A stretch of 64,000 bases of DNA from Amoebidium appalachense (GCA_963693365.1 CAVNZM010000003.1:11131151-11195150), one strand, 5' to 3'; shown: positions 23,808 to 47,143, counted from the stretch's first letter. The notes: generated from the letters alone by a model not told the origin. Translations and numbers: made by a program.

Positions 23808-23980
23808 CACCGCTTTTCATTTTGTTTGGAATTATATACTTGCATTTCCGTTTGTTCTTTACAGGTTTGACCCCTCGTTTCCTTGTTTTTTTATGTGCAG
23901 AACACTTCGAGGAATTGAGGGAATGGTACAAGGAAAACGACAGGTCGCAACAGCAACGAAGGACTACGATGGGCGTCTGA
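15723..23980 (+). CDS. Stum/Spec3-family small membrane protein, 8 exons
   Basis: Phase-compatible GT-AG exons 15723-15785, 17638-17726, 18531-18582, 19464-19541, 20827-20925, 21633-21741, 22357-22578, 23901-23980. Spec3/Stum signature: [24 protein letters not shown] ... [28 protein letters not shown]. The first four exons are less certain than the last four. Confidence 0.8.
19658..19845 (+). repeat. Old diverged copy of repeat family A, opposite genomic orientation
   Basis: GTGGATGACTTG..(C)n TTGAGTATGGGCTTTGCT...CGTGTTAT...TGTGTACCTCGTGCTCT aligns by eye with the reverse complement of 9350-9480. Confidence 0.55.
22790..23720 (+). repeat. Imperfect tandem duplication (about 490 bp) in the last intron of the stum-like gene
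   Basis: 22795-23236 is about equal to 23288-23716; both contain GATGTGGAG.GCCGTATGGGCAGTGTTGTTGGTCAA, AAATTGTATGTGGTTTTCCTT and TTACGAACCGGTACCTACAAAGGGAC. Confidence 0.8.
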
Positions 23981-23988
23981 CCGCATGT

Positions 23989-24046
<58 letters not shown>

Positions 24047-24179
24047 GGGGGGGAGATGGCCTCTTGGACAGTGGCTTTATCTTTCCGCAACCTTTCCCCC
24101 CTCCTCTCTCCCTCTCCCATCCCTCTATCTCTCTCTCTCGTTCCCCCCTCCTCCCTCCTCCCCTACCCCCCTACCCCTC

Positions 24180-24211
<32 letters not shown>

Positions 24212-24413
24212 AGTTCCTTCCCCCCTCCCCCCCTCCCCCCTCCCCCCCTCCCCCCTCCCCCCCACGGTTCTTCCTCTACCCCCCCCCTCCCCCTTCCCAT
24301 TTTTCCTTCAACTCCTTAGTCTCTCCTTGTCTCTCCCTTTCTCTCTAAGGGCCCTCAATAGTCAAAAATCCACTTATCCACTCACACCCTCCTCGTTTCC
24401 TACCTCATCCCCC

Positions 24414-24464
<51 letters not shown>

Positions 24465-24614
24465 CCCCTCCTCTTCCTTGCCCCTCTCTCTTACTCCAGC
24501 TCTCTCTCTCCCCCTCTACCCATTTCCCTCGTTCCGATATTGTGCGCATAAGTAGGTCGGTGTGTGGGTGGGTGAATTTTTTTTTTTATTTTTATTTTTT
24601 TTGTGTGTGTGTGT

Positions 24615-24652
<38 letters not shown>

Positions 24653-24790
24653 CGTATGCAAATTACGAATGATGCCTGAGGTGAGGTGAGATTTGAACTG
24701 GTTTCTTGCAGCCACATTGGGATAATATGCCCTATACTGGGGATAGTCAGTGTTTTTGGTTGTATTTTTTATTTTATTTATTTTTATTTT

Positions 24791-24832
<42 letters not shown>

Positions 24833-25193
24833 GGGGGGATTGATTACTGAAATAACGGTTTTCTTCACAAAAACACTTGACCGAATCGTTTCCGATGGCA
24901 ATATTATCGTGCCCGTATAGTTGTAAACGCCGTATTCCAGAGGCTCTCTAAGAAGTTTTACGCCACGTATGTATGGTTTTCAAGAAGTTAGGTGATTCTT
25001 ATCGTGATTCGAATATTGGCATGTAACTTAGTGTAAATGTTGGATGGCGTATGACTGCGAATAAACCGCTGTACATGTAATGGCTGCGGCTGCTGAAACA
25101 TGTATATGTTCCACATACTCACGTGATCACGGTTCGTTTGGCAACCTCAGAAAGGACAAATACCATCATCAATCCTACTTTTTGCTTTCCCCT

Positions 25194-25247
<54 letters not shown>

Positions 25248-25285
25248 TGTGTGTATGTCTATCTCTCTCTCTCTCTGTCTGTCTA

Positions 25286-25326
<41 letters not shown>

Positions 25327-25475
25327 ATCTGTCTATATCTCTCTCTCTATCTATCTATCTATCTGTCTGTCTGTCTATCTATATATATATATATCTCTCT
25401 CCCCCCCCCCCCCCCCCCCCTCTATACCACTATTGCGCCTCCCACGTCCCTTCTACAATTCAACCTGCCACCCCC

Positions 25476-25538
<63 letters not shown>

Positions 25539-25757
25539 CAACACACACACACACACATGAACACACATGTGCACAAAAAAAAAAATGAAAAAATAAGAAA
25601 CATGGCCCATCCCCCCCCCCCCCCCCCCCCCCTCTCCATCCCTTTCGAATTCCTCCTCTTCCTTCATCACCTGATCATGGGATACGTTATGATAAATCAT
25701 TTTGTCACATTGCCTTCTCTCCCTCCCTCCCCCCCCCCCCCCCCCCCCTTTTTTTTT

Positions 25758-25895
<138 letters not shown>

Positions 25896-26491
25896 CTAGT
25901 CTGCCGCCTCCCCCCTCCCCTCCCCCGGCCCCCCTCTCCCTCCCCCTCTCTCTCTCTGTCTTCCCCCCCCCCCCCCCCCCCCCCCCCCCCGGCCAGCCTC
26001 CTTCCCCCCCCCTCCTGCATATGATGCATTCTGGGATCATTGCACTTTATTGGCCGCTCCCTCTGGCCAATCCGCGACCGGAAACACAACATGTGCCCCA
26101 TATATGCATGGATATGTGCATCTTGATACAGATGAATTACGTATACACCCTTATACGCCCCCTTGTTAATGCCAACTACTACACGGCCACAGCGCTACCT
26201 CGGAACCAAAGGTGGGCACACTAATCAGATAGCTACTGATATCTAACCGAGACCGTTACCAGGCAAACCACACCACACACACAGTGGCTCACACACAAAA
26301 AAAAAAAAAAGAAAAAGAAAAAAGGACCAACCTAATATGTGTTGATTAATTTCATGTGTGTGACGTGGGTGCGCAACCTCAGTTTGGAAACAGAGTTGAG
26401 AAGTGAGGCCATGCGTCACCCGTGTTAAGAAGAAAGTCAATGATGGTTAAGTGTTGTGCAGGGTGTGTGCTGCTCACTACCCCCCCCTCTC

Positions 26492-26535
<44 letters not shown>

Positions 26536-26951
26536 ACACACACCACCCCTCCCTCCCCCCCCCCCCCCCCCCCCCCCCCCTCCCCCTCCCCCCCCCCCCC
26601 CCCCCTCCCCCTCCCCCACCCCGCTCCCCTCCCTCCTCCCCACCCATCTCCCCCCCGGCCCCCCGGGGCCCCAAGTTTAAGCACAGACCCACCACCACGT
26701 GCACCACCACTTCTCCAGCTAATCAGAGCCCGCAGCTCCCGGGTGCTCATGCATACGTATGTGCCATCGAATGTTTACCCCGTTATTTTGAAAAGGGCAC
26801 TCTTAAACTTTCTCAGCCGGCAGTCTATATTCTGCTATTCCTTTTTATCATGATAAAATTTTTAAGTCATTCCATCACTCCGGGTCTCTCAACACCAGTG
26901 ATCCCCCATGAATAGAGAGTCTCAGAACGTTACAGTTATCAGAGTAAGTCC

Positions 26952-26983
<32 letters not shown>

Positions 26984-27259
26984 ACCTTTCCCCCCTCCCT
27001 CCCTCCCTCCTGATCCCCCCCCCCCCCCCCTCCCCCCCGCCCCCCAGGCCCCGGCGTGAAATCTGCATAATGCATTCTGTTGTTTGATGGAGTGTGGTTC
27101 CGTAATGTAGTTTCGTGTGTCTCAATCGTATTCATACAGATATATGGTGGCAGTTTCTATATCTGTACGTGGGGTGACACTGTGTTTATGTGTGAATGTG
27201 TGTTGGGGGTTGGGGGGTTTTTTTTTTGTTGTGTGTGTGTGTGTTCGTTGGGGGGAGGT

Positions 27260-27301
<42 letters not shown>

Positions 27302-27368
27302 GACCCACGATGGTTTTTTGTATAGAAGTTGATTGGAGATTGGGGGCCGGGCCGGGGGAGGAGGATGA

Positions 27369-27406
<38 letters not shown>

Positions 27407-27821
27407 TTACATCACACTGATTTTCACATGCTGCAAGTCAAGTGGTGAACTTAATTAATCCCAGCAAGCATTCCACATTCGAATATGCTTTGTGTGTAAT
27501 TATAAAAGCCCACAAAGCCTAATGGGCAGCCAATAAAAATATACACATAACACGGTACATGACCAGCATGCCATGAGCAATCGAAAACCCTCTTTCGGTA
27601 ATTACTCAGAAAAATGAGTCTCACTCTAAATATATACACCCATACTGATAAGCGGAGAAAATGGGGTTTATACAACAAATACATGCCGTGCATTGATAAG
27701 CAGAATCATTGTTTTCGTTGCAGTTCATACACCATAGGTGGTATATGCTCGCTCGAAAGGACAGACACACATACAGATGTTGACACAAACTTTACACTTC
27801 CAAATGTTGCTAAGGCTAACA

Positions 27822-27863
<42 letters not shown>

Positions 27864-28201
27864 CACACACACACCACCACCACCCCATTCCTGCCCCCCC
27901 CCTCCCCCCCCCCCCCCCGTCTCTCTTTCTTCCCTAAAACACATACACACACACACATTCCTTTCAAAAAGGGGAAACCCAGACCCATACGCCCCCCTTC
28001 CCCCCCCCCCACCTCCCTCCCCCTCTCCACACACAAACAAACAGCCACACATACCCTCTCACTCCAGGTCATCCCTACCCCCATCTCAGCCACGCACTTC
28101 TCCAACATTCGTTTTCGTTCCAATGCCCCCCACCCCAAATCCCTTCCATTCCACCCCCATTTAAACCCCCACATTCACCACACCATCCGTCCTTTCGTTT
28201 T

Positions 28202-29440
28202 TCACACCGCCGCTTTCGCATTCGTGCGCACCAACGCACCCAGGAATGTCTGCGCCGCATGGAGCCCCGCCCTATCATTCGACACTCTCAGTCTGCTCCT
28301 CAATATATCCCCCAACACATCCACCTCATTCTCCCCTGCATCCCCATCCTTCTCCACCCTGTCCATCTCCGACGCGGAAGGCTCCGGAACGTACCGGAAC
28401 GCCGCCGTCACGCGCTCGCTCATCCCTTTAACCACCTGCGTGTCGCAAGAAAGGAGCACAGCGTTCTGCTTGGTTGGGTTGGGCTGGTAGACGCATGAGG
28501 CGAGGCGGGTGAGGAGAAGGACTTTCTGGGTTCCCTTCTGGAGGAATCGGAGGCAATGTTTCCCTTGCACCTTGAATATCTCCACTGTGCCGTAGCCGTA
28601 ATCCTGCCATTCCGACCCACGGCGATTGTACAGCTTCATACCGGGAAGGGAGAGATATTTGGGTAGCTGGGTCTTTTCAATCTGCCCCACTGCCTCCGTT
28701 TTCTCCCTGAGGAAGTCAATGAACCGCCACGCAAACCCATCTTTTCCGTTTCCCGTCTCTACTCCCTCCTTCCCATTCGTATTTGTGATGTTGGCGCTGG
28801 CTGGGCCACCGGTGGTTGTAGTAGATGGCGATGGGGTGCTGGGCACAACAACCCCTTCATCATCTCCCTCCTCTTTCCTGTTCACTTCCTCCTCCTCCCC
28901 CTCCGACTCCAAATCGCTCTCCTCCCCCTTGCTTTCCTCTTTCTCTCCCTCCGAATCCTCCTCATGTTCCTCGTATATCTCAACGTCGTTTCTCACTTTT
29001 CGCACCAACTCTCTCAGCGCGTAGACCTTCCTCCCGCCGCTTTTCCCGGCAACGGCAACGGACAACAAAACCGCTCCCTGCACCGGATAAAGCGTAAACC
29101 TCGTCATTTCGGCGGTGATTCTGTGTGACCATACGGGGGCGGCACCAAGACTCTGAGAGAGTTCCACCCACTTTACATCCTCCTTGATGAATTTGTTCCA
29201 CGTTGGCTTGTAGGCGCCTCCATCTCCATCCTCCTTTCGCTGGACAAATGTGGTGTCTGCGCTGAAGCTCTCCGTCACGCGCCTCCAACACTTGAGGGTA
29301 CCCCTGCCCACATCCACCCACCATTCTTCCTTGCTGCGAAACTCGTAAAGAACGATGTTTGGGTACTCAAAGAGAGGGGTGAGGGTAACTTCGTCGAGGG
29401 GTTTGTCGCTCGAAGGCCGAAGGTCAACTTTTGGCTTCAT
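28202..29440 (-). CDS. Protein with two RanBD1/PH-like domains separated by an acidic linker
   Basis: Complex 412-codon ORF from MKPKVDL. LYEFRSKEEWWVDVGRGTLKCW and KLYNRRGSEWQDYGYGTVEIFK...CLRFLQKGTQKVLL resemble the RanBD KLY..W.ERG.G.LKL..R.LMR..T.KV pattern, but are divergent. A further 3' exon cannot be excluded. Confidence 0.65.
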   Translation of the reverse strand: MKPKVDLRPSSDKPLDEVTLTPLFEYPNIVLYEFRSKEEWWVDVGRGTLKCWRRVTESFSADTTFVQRKEDGDGGAYKPTWNKFIKEDVKWVELSQSLGAAPVWSHRITAEMTRFTLYPVQGAVLLSVAVAGKSGGRKVYALRELVRKVRNDVEIYEEHEEDSEGEKEESKGEESDLESEGEEEEVNRKEEGDDEGVVVPSTPSPSTTTTGGPASANITNTNGKEGVETGNGKDGFAWRFIDFLREKTEAVGQIEKTQLPKYLSLPGMKLYNRRGSEWQDYGYGTVEIFKVQGKHCLRFLQKGTQKVLLLTRLASCVYQPNPTKQNAVLLSCDTQVVKGMSERVTAAFRYVPEPSASEMDRVEKDGDAGENEVDVLGDILRSRLRVSNDRAGLHAAQTFLGALVRTNAKAAV

Positions 29441-30014
29441 GATGTTGAGAGAGAAAAAAAAATGTATGGTGGTGTGTGGATGGGGATCGTGTGTTTCAAG
29501 AAAACAAGAATAGCACACGCAAGAAGAAAGGGTGGAACTTAGTAAGTGCTGGTCTCGGAAAAGAATGCACAGTGTCTCTCTTATGATTTGAGGTGAAAAG
29601 GTTGTAAGCTTTAAAGCTGGTGCAGTTCAATGTACAACAGCAATGCAAATAGCCTTTAGCAGGTACAAGATTTATAAAAACATGGCATTCTCAAAAGAAA
29701 AAATAAATTTATAATACCCAAGCTTCGCGAAAAGTGAACGAGGAGGACTCGGCTGTGCGCGCCAAATCTGTAGTAGAGACATAAAAACATACATTCTAGA
29801 AAAGGCAGATCGTGTAGTAATCGGGAGCTTCGTGTGAATAAATCGCGCTTCATAGTGTTGACCAGTGACAATCCGATTGCGATTTGAGATGTGATATGTG
29901 AGCCGCTTGTTGAAATGGCCGCCGTGAGAGTTACGTAATCCTTAGTGATTACGTCATCGCGAGTCATGCCATTATGAGAGAGAGAGAGAGAGAGTGGGGG
30001 GGAGAGAAAGGGAG

Positions 30015-30743
30015 CTCTGGGCGGCTCTATACCGTACCCAAATACCCAAACCCAAACCCAGATTTTAAACCCAGATGTCACGCATGCGGCATGACCGCTG
30101 CTTCGCACAACGCCTAAGTATTATAAAGAAACAAAGAATATATACTATAATAAAGCATTAAAAAACATACAAATATTAATGTTGCGAAATAAGATAATAT
30201 TTTTAGGCCGAAATACCAGAAATATGCTTAGCATCTTAGTTCTTGGCGTTTTCTTACTTCATCTTGTTGTCGCTAAGATTTGGGTTTGGGTTTAGGACTC
30301 TGGAAGACCCCCCCCCCCCCCCCCCCCTCCCCTCAATATCATACTGTGCAGCATTAATAAGGTGATCTAGGATAGTCATCTTAAAACGGATATATTGAGG
30401 AAGAGAGGAAGAAAAGAGAATTAAACCGCCAATAACCTCCGGTTCTAATACGTTAGCTGACAGGTTGCACTTATTGATAGATATGCAGCCCCTATCCCAA
30501 ACCCAGATTCTGGACCATGAAACCCAAATTACCTGCCTTATTTGGAAAAGATGTGTTATCAATTGGCGCTTTTCTTATAAGATTCAGGTGCTTGATGGTG
30601 ATCTATGGCATATCCGACCACGCGATGATTGGTAGCAGATTGAAACGCAATATTTCGCTATCCAATCGACCGTCAGTACTAATATTAAATCTAGGAATCT
30701 GGGTTTGGGTTTGGGTATTTGGGTACGGTATAGCCGCCCAGAG
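30015..30743. mobile_element. Non-autonomous TIR element (MITE), about 730 bp
   Basis: TIRs at 30015-30064 and 30696-30743 (CTCTGGGCGGCT[CT]ATACCGTACCCAAATACCCAAACCCAAACCCAGATT) are identical except for a 2-nt indel. The interior is AT-rich and non-coding, with partial TIR motifs near 30277 and 30496. TSD unclear. Confidence 0.85.
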
Positions 30744-31164
30744 TGGGCGTGTGTGTTAAGCTTATGTGTAGGTGTGCTTTTACGTGCAAACATTTGCCAA
30801 ACTGAAACTTGAGCGGGATTTATTAGGGCCTAGATTAGTGGAGTAGCTTATAGGTGCTAGGCTTCGTTGCATGGCAAAAGAGTTTCATCGAACTTGCACA
30901 TGAGATTCAAGTGGAAAGGGAATAACCCGCGGCAACAAAGGGAAAGAAGCATATAATTGCGTTCCTTATGTTGAAAGACGCGAAGATCGGGCGTTTAATT
31001 CGTTTAGAGTGCAATCTGCAACACGCACATCTAGACTATATTAGGTGGGTTAAAGGGACCCCATATTCCTCTTGGTGTGTTTCCAAATGATATAACCCAT
31101 CCATCACAAGCAACGGCAACTCAACCAAACCTTTTATCGTATACATCAAATCTCTTTTTCCAAC

Positions 31165-38133
<6,969 letters not shown>

Positions 38134-38659
38134 AACCCCCCACCAGAGACCAAAAAATTCGAATGAACCCTCCGTTTTTTTTTGCCTGTTCTGTATGCCT
38201 GCGGGTTTTTCTCCGTCGAATGAATGAACTAGAAAGTCTTAGGCTGTGTGCCCGGGCTGTTGCCGTGATGATCCAATGTGACTGAGTTGTGGTTTCTAAT
38301 AATAGTCTCATTGGTGATGTTGACATCTTTTTTTTTGCAATATGAACATAACTGAACTGTTACAATGTCATTAATGGCTGACACATTGATTCTCGCATGC
38401 CGTTACCGTTTTGTAGCACACATGTGGTGTAGCCGAGAGTATAACACTTGGACTGGAAGTCTTCTTGAACTTTCAATTCACAAACCACAGAATGAACACC
38501 GGTTGAGGCGGGCTGGCACGTCCTACACGGTACTGATAATACGATCAGCAAAACGTTCTCGGTATCAATATTTTTCATCATTCCCCCCCCCCTCCTCCCC
38601 CCCCCCCCCCCCCCCCCCCCGGGTCTGAGACTCTCGGATCCCTCCGCGGATCCGAGCCT

Positions 38660-39335
<676 letters not shown>

Positions 39336-39695
39336 GCTGCCCGGAGTCTCTTTCCCGGAGTCCCTCCCTCTTGGTGCACGTCACGGATCATCAGCTCTCT
39401 CTCTTTCCGCCTCCGGTCGACTGTGCGAGGCTTTTGGAAAAGACATTTGGACAACCTCGCGGGAAGGGACAAAACAGTCGTCATTTACACGCACGGAAAT
39501 AGCTATCAAATAGCATCGAATAGAAAAAAAATATTGTGATGGTATGTACAGGTAGTACTGGGGCCGGCCTGTTGGCTATTGGCTTGTTTTTAACACTTGT
39601 ATGTATCCGAAGACCGCTCTCAATTTGACATAAGTGTATGCCTTTGGAGGTACCAGAGAAATAGATTTTTACTTTTACTTTTATTTTATTTTGTT

Positions 39696-39730
<35 letters not shown>

Positions 39731-40150
39731 GGGGGGGGGGGGGGGGGGGATTTGGTCTTCGTGCCCCAGATACATTCCTCAATTAGGGTTTGAACTACCT
39801 ATCCTTGGGGGTTTACACACTTTTTATTGCGTGGACACTGCCGGAGGCCCAGCCACATTCGACGGCCTACTGCGTTTTCCAGCGTCGATGCACACATTCA
39901 GAGTAGCGATAGACTTGGCAAGGAAATGCACACCTAAGTGTAGTTCTTATACCGCACGTATACTGTAGCTCCAAAATCTAGGTGTTTGGTAGCCTACATC
40001 GGTGGCAGCTCTCTCAATACCACTCGTTTTTTGTGACCGTCAAGGGATCCGGGTATCGATGCTGAATGAATGTATGTGATCACACTACATAGTGTCACAG
40101 TTTCCACCCACCATGCAAGGTACTCCAAGGTACATAAAATGATTACGAAG

Positions 40151-40220
<70 letters not shown>

Positions 40221-40646
40221 ACTGTGACACACGCACTCACTGCCTCACATAAATTCACCGGCACCGGCATGCACACACACACACACACACACACACAGCA
40301 CACACACACACTGTCTAGCGCACGCAGATGCACGGAATAGCCGTTACATGCATACTATCTAGGGATACCCACCGGCGTGGCTGGGGTAAATACCCTGGGC
40401 TAAGTGTGTGCATATAGTCAGGATTGTTTAAAGGTGTGTTAGCTCAGCTAATAATAATGTAGCCTCCTAACTAGAGTACTGTCGGTGCCGGGTGGAAAAC
40501 GGTAGTTCCCCATGAGGGCCCCAAGGGGTCCCTCCGGGAACAAAAGTCGGGATAAAATAAAAATGCATACTAATGGTACATGCGCACATCCAGCCGAGAC
40601 ATGCACACAGCGCACTACACACACACACACATATGTGTGGAAAATG

Positions 40647-40696
<50 letters not shown>

Positions 40697-40998
40697 AAAA
40701 AAAAAAAAAAGTAAACACACGTCACACAGTGACACACACACCGCATACAAGTTTTAACACGTAAACCTAAGCACACAGCCGTTGATAACACAGGCACACA
40801 CACACCTCCCAATTGCCTCCGGCCCGCACGTGCAATTGGTATCACCATATGTATCCCCATGCCTTCGGACTATACACACTCACACCTGCCAATCATGCAT
40901 AATCTGGCAAGCCATGTGCCGGAACAGCAGACAAAGAATCATGCACACGCTTTCGCACACACGCACATGTGCGTGCATGCGCACACACAAACACACGT

Positions 40999-41097
<99 letters not shown>

Positions 41098-41477
41098 GCA
41101 CGCACACGCACACACAGCAAATAGCAATTCGGAATCACGGTGAACTCTCTGTGTTTCTTGAACCACTGCTACGGCTAGAAGAAGAAACCATGACGCAAAG
41201 CTTTACTAAAGCTGAACTTAACCACCCACCGAGGATTGAAAAATATGCTACAACCGGCTTTATGTACATTATCGAAAAAAAGGCTGAAATCATCTCTATT
41301 TCAGTATCGTATTTATTACACGCCTTTTGCTCCGCCATCGTTTTCTTATGTGCGTACCAGCCGCACAAATGGCAAGAACATAAACGTAACCCTTCCTCCC
41401 CTCCCCTCCCCTCCCCTCCCCTGCCCTCCCCCCCCCGGCTCTCACACACACCAAAAAAAAGAAACTCGATGATTAAC

Positions 41478-41552
<75 letters not shown>

Positions 41553-41731
41553 TGTAAGGAGGGGAGGAGGGGGGATGGGAGGGGAGAAGAGAGGGAGAGA
41601 GAGAGAGAAGCAGGGGATTTTGGGCACTTTCGGGATATTCCCATAACCCCCCCACGAATTTCCCCATAGGGATTTAGGCTGCCCGTGCACTTCCTGCCCT
41701 CGCTCTTTCGCTCTCCAGAAATTCCATAAAT

Positions 41732-44939
<3,208 letters not shown>

Positions 44940-45512
44940 TCTCCCGTTGTGGCGCGTGTGCGTGTACGTGGGTATGGCTGTGTATGGCTTTAAAAAAAAA
45001 AAACTGAATTTTCTAATAGGACCGCAATTTTTGTTCGCAGGAAAACTTTGCATTATTTGTTTGTTTGAGTGGGTCAGGTATAAGTTAAGCTTCGCGGAGT
45101 CCTGCCGAATGTAGCCCGAATAATGAGCTGAAACGACTGAGTGACTGACCGTGTGCACCCATGCTCGCGGTTTATATACTCTGGAAGTCTGGAATTTGGT
45201 GTGTTATGATTGAATAAATTTCGCCAATAGATATCATCTGTATAATTATCGTGTTAGATTGAGCAAACCAGAATGCAAATAAATAAATGGCGCGAGAGTG
45301 TTTACATCACCGTTACCATTTCTTGATTGGCTAGATTTAGAATGTGAAATTTTGACGCTTTGCCATTGGAGAACACTTTTAGTTTGGGCCTGGCTTATTG
45401 CTTCATTCTGATTGGTTGTCACACCGCGGGGTTTCCCGATTGTTCTTCGAATGACATTTTCTATCACTATCAGACAGTTCTCCAATATTAGAACAGAAAA
45501 CGGTTTATATAC

Positions 45513-45612
45513 CCAGATGGCCAGATGGCCAGATCAAATTCAATGTGTGAAAAAAGGTGGATAAAACGGGATAAAACGGGAGTCAAAATGATCTGGCCAT
45601 CTGGCCATGTGG
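45513..45612. repeat. Inverted repeat (20-bp perfect arms) enclosing two GGATAAAACG direct repeats
   Basis: ATGGCCAGATGGCCAGATCA (45517-45536) and TGATCTGGCCATCTGGCCAT (45589-45608). Confidence 0.9.
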
Positions 45613-45770
45613 CCATGGAATCTCTATATCTAAAAATAGCTGTCACTGCGCCGGGGAGTGGTTCCGCGCGGCCGGCGAGGCACACGTGGCTGCGGAGGCG
45701 CCTGGGCAGGGGGGCTGGGGAGACTGGCATGCCCCTCACAGCATGAAAAAATGTTATGTATGCATAGAGT

Positions 45771-46637
45771 ATGATGTCCATGCAGCAGGCAATTCAGGAT
45801 AATATAGAGCAAATACACGAGGCACCTCAGTGGTACAAGTTTCTAGTGGCTCTGGGTATATATGAACCCAGGCAACTGGTAGAGTGGTACCGGAGCAGTT
45901 TCCAGAAGGGCAGTGGGTTTGGACTTTATTACTACGATAAGAATGAAGAGCCCGTGATGCACACGTGGAGTGAGCCTGCTGATATGCAGGTGGCTGCTAC
46001 TGGCTTGGTTATAATGGCTGGACGTGAGTGGCATTTCTCCCAAGATGATATGGAATGGGCAGCCCACGTGGGATGGGTGTGTGATGAGAGTGGCTACCTG
46101 AGGCTGTATCTACCAGGGTTTAACCAACACGTGGCCGAGGCACCATCTGCACACCAGCTGGTGTGTTACTTCCAGGGGCTTATTCCTATTGGCCTCGGAG
46201 AGGGGTGGGAGATTGACCACCGAAACCAAGTGAAGAGTGATAACCGCCGGGCCAATCTCTGCCTGCGGCCAAAGGGTTACAACAAGCTGAAGAGACCAAT
46301 CAAAGGACAGCCGTGCCGGTTTGTAAGCATGATTGCTGGTGGACTGTTCCAGGTGCGACTGCCAAAGGTGCACAAGAAGGGTCAGTACCACGTGGTGGGC
46401 ACGTATGATGACTATACACATGCCGTGCACGTGGCAAGAGCCCACTGGCGTGTGTACTGCACGGAAGCACGTGGATGGACGGACCCAGGCATGGTGCAAG
46501 ACTTTGAGGTGCTGATGGCACCACACATTCCAGAGCCACACGTGCAGCCCACTGTATCACCGGAGTTTATAGCTTCTGTCACAGCCCAGAAGCAGCTGGG
46601 TGTCCCAGCTAACAGCATCATGCGGCTCTTTGATTAA
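45771..46637 (+). CDS. HNH (HNH_3-type) homing-endonuclease-like protein with AP2-like C-terminal domain
   Basis: Intronless, 288 aa. GYLRL...AHQLV...EIDHRNQVKSDNRRANL is the HNH_3 signature, followed by RFVS..GLFQVRL....VGTYDD...A..A, which is AP2-like. This architecture is typical of phages and NCLDVs. Confidence 0.85.
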   Translation: MMSMQQAIQDNIEQIHEAPQWYKFLVALGIYEPRQLVEWYRSSFQKGSGFGLYYYDKNEEPVMHTWSEPADMQVAATGLVIMAGREWHFSQDDMEWAAHVGWVCDESGYLRLYLPGFNQHVAEAPSAHQLVCYFQGLIPIGLGEGWEIDHRNQVKSDNRRANLCLRPKGYNKLKRPIKGQPCRFVSMIAGGLFQVRLPKVHKKGQYHVVGTYDDYTHAVHVARAHWRVYCTEARGWTDPGMVQDFEVLMAPHIPEPHVQPTVSPEFIASVTAQKQLGVPANSIMRLFD

Positions 46638-46659
46638 AATTTTAAATAAATATTAAATT

Positions 46660-47096
46660 TTGCGCCGGGGCGTGGTTCCGGGAGGCAGGGGAGGCAGGGG
46701 GGGCACACGTGCAGGGGAGGCAGGGGGGACACTCACTGCCACCACTGGGGGCCTGGTTACGGGAGGCAGGGGGGCACACGTGCAGGGGAGGCACACGTGC
46801 ACAGGAGGCTGGGGAGAGTGGGGGAACCATGGTTGTGTGATACTATCTATCCCCCATGTATGGCTGAGTTAAGACCATTTGTTCATGTAGCACGATCTTC
46901 TAGCATGCACGTGTTGGAATGCCACCACTGGGGGGCCTGGTTCCGGCAGGCAGGGGGGCAGGGGGGCAGGGGGGCAGGGGGGCAGGGGAGCAGGGGGGGC
47001 AGGGGGGCAGGGGGGCAGGGGGGCAGGGGGGCAGGGGGGCAGGGGGGCAGGGGGGCTGGGGGGCAGGGGGGCAGGGGAGACTGGCATGCCACTCAC
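46660..47096 (+). repeat. GC-rich (GGGGGGCA)n-type array and related motifs between convergent genes
   Basis: About 8-bp GGGGGGCA units at 46947-47075, plus repeated TGCCACCACTGGGGGCCTGGTT and GCACACGTGC. Confidence 0.8.
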
Positions 47097-47143
47097 GGGG
47101 AGGATAGTGTATGTTGGCACGTGGGGGTGTGTGGGTGGTTTTT

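Noticed and set aside
46636-46661. Mimivirus-style terminator hairpin after the HNH gene
   Set aside because: Only 7-bp A/T arms plus mismatches, and an ordinary AATAAA signal is present; too weak to call.
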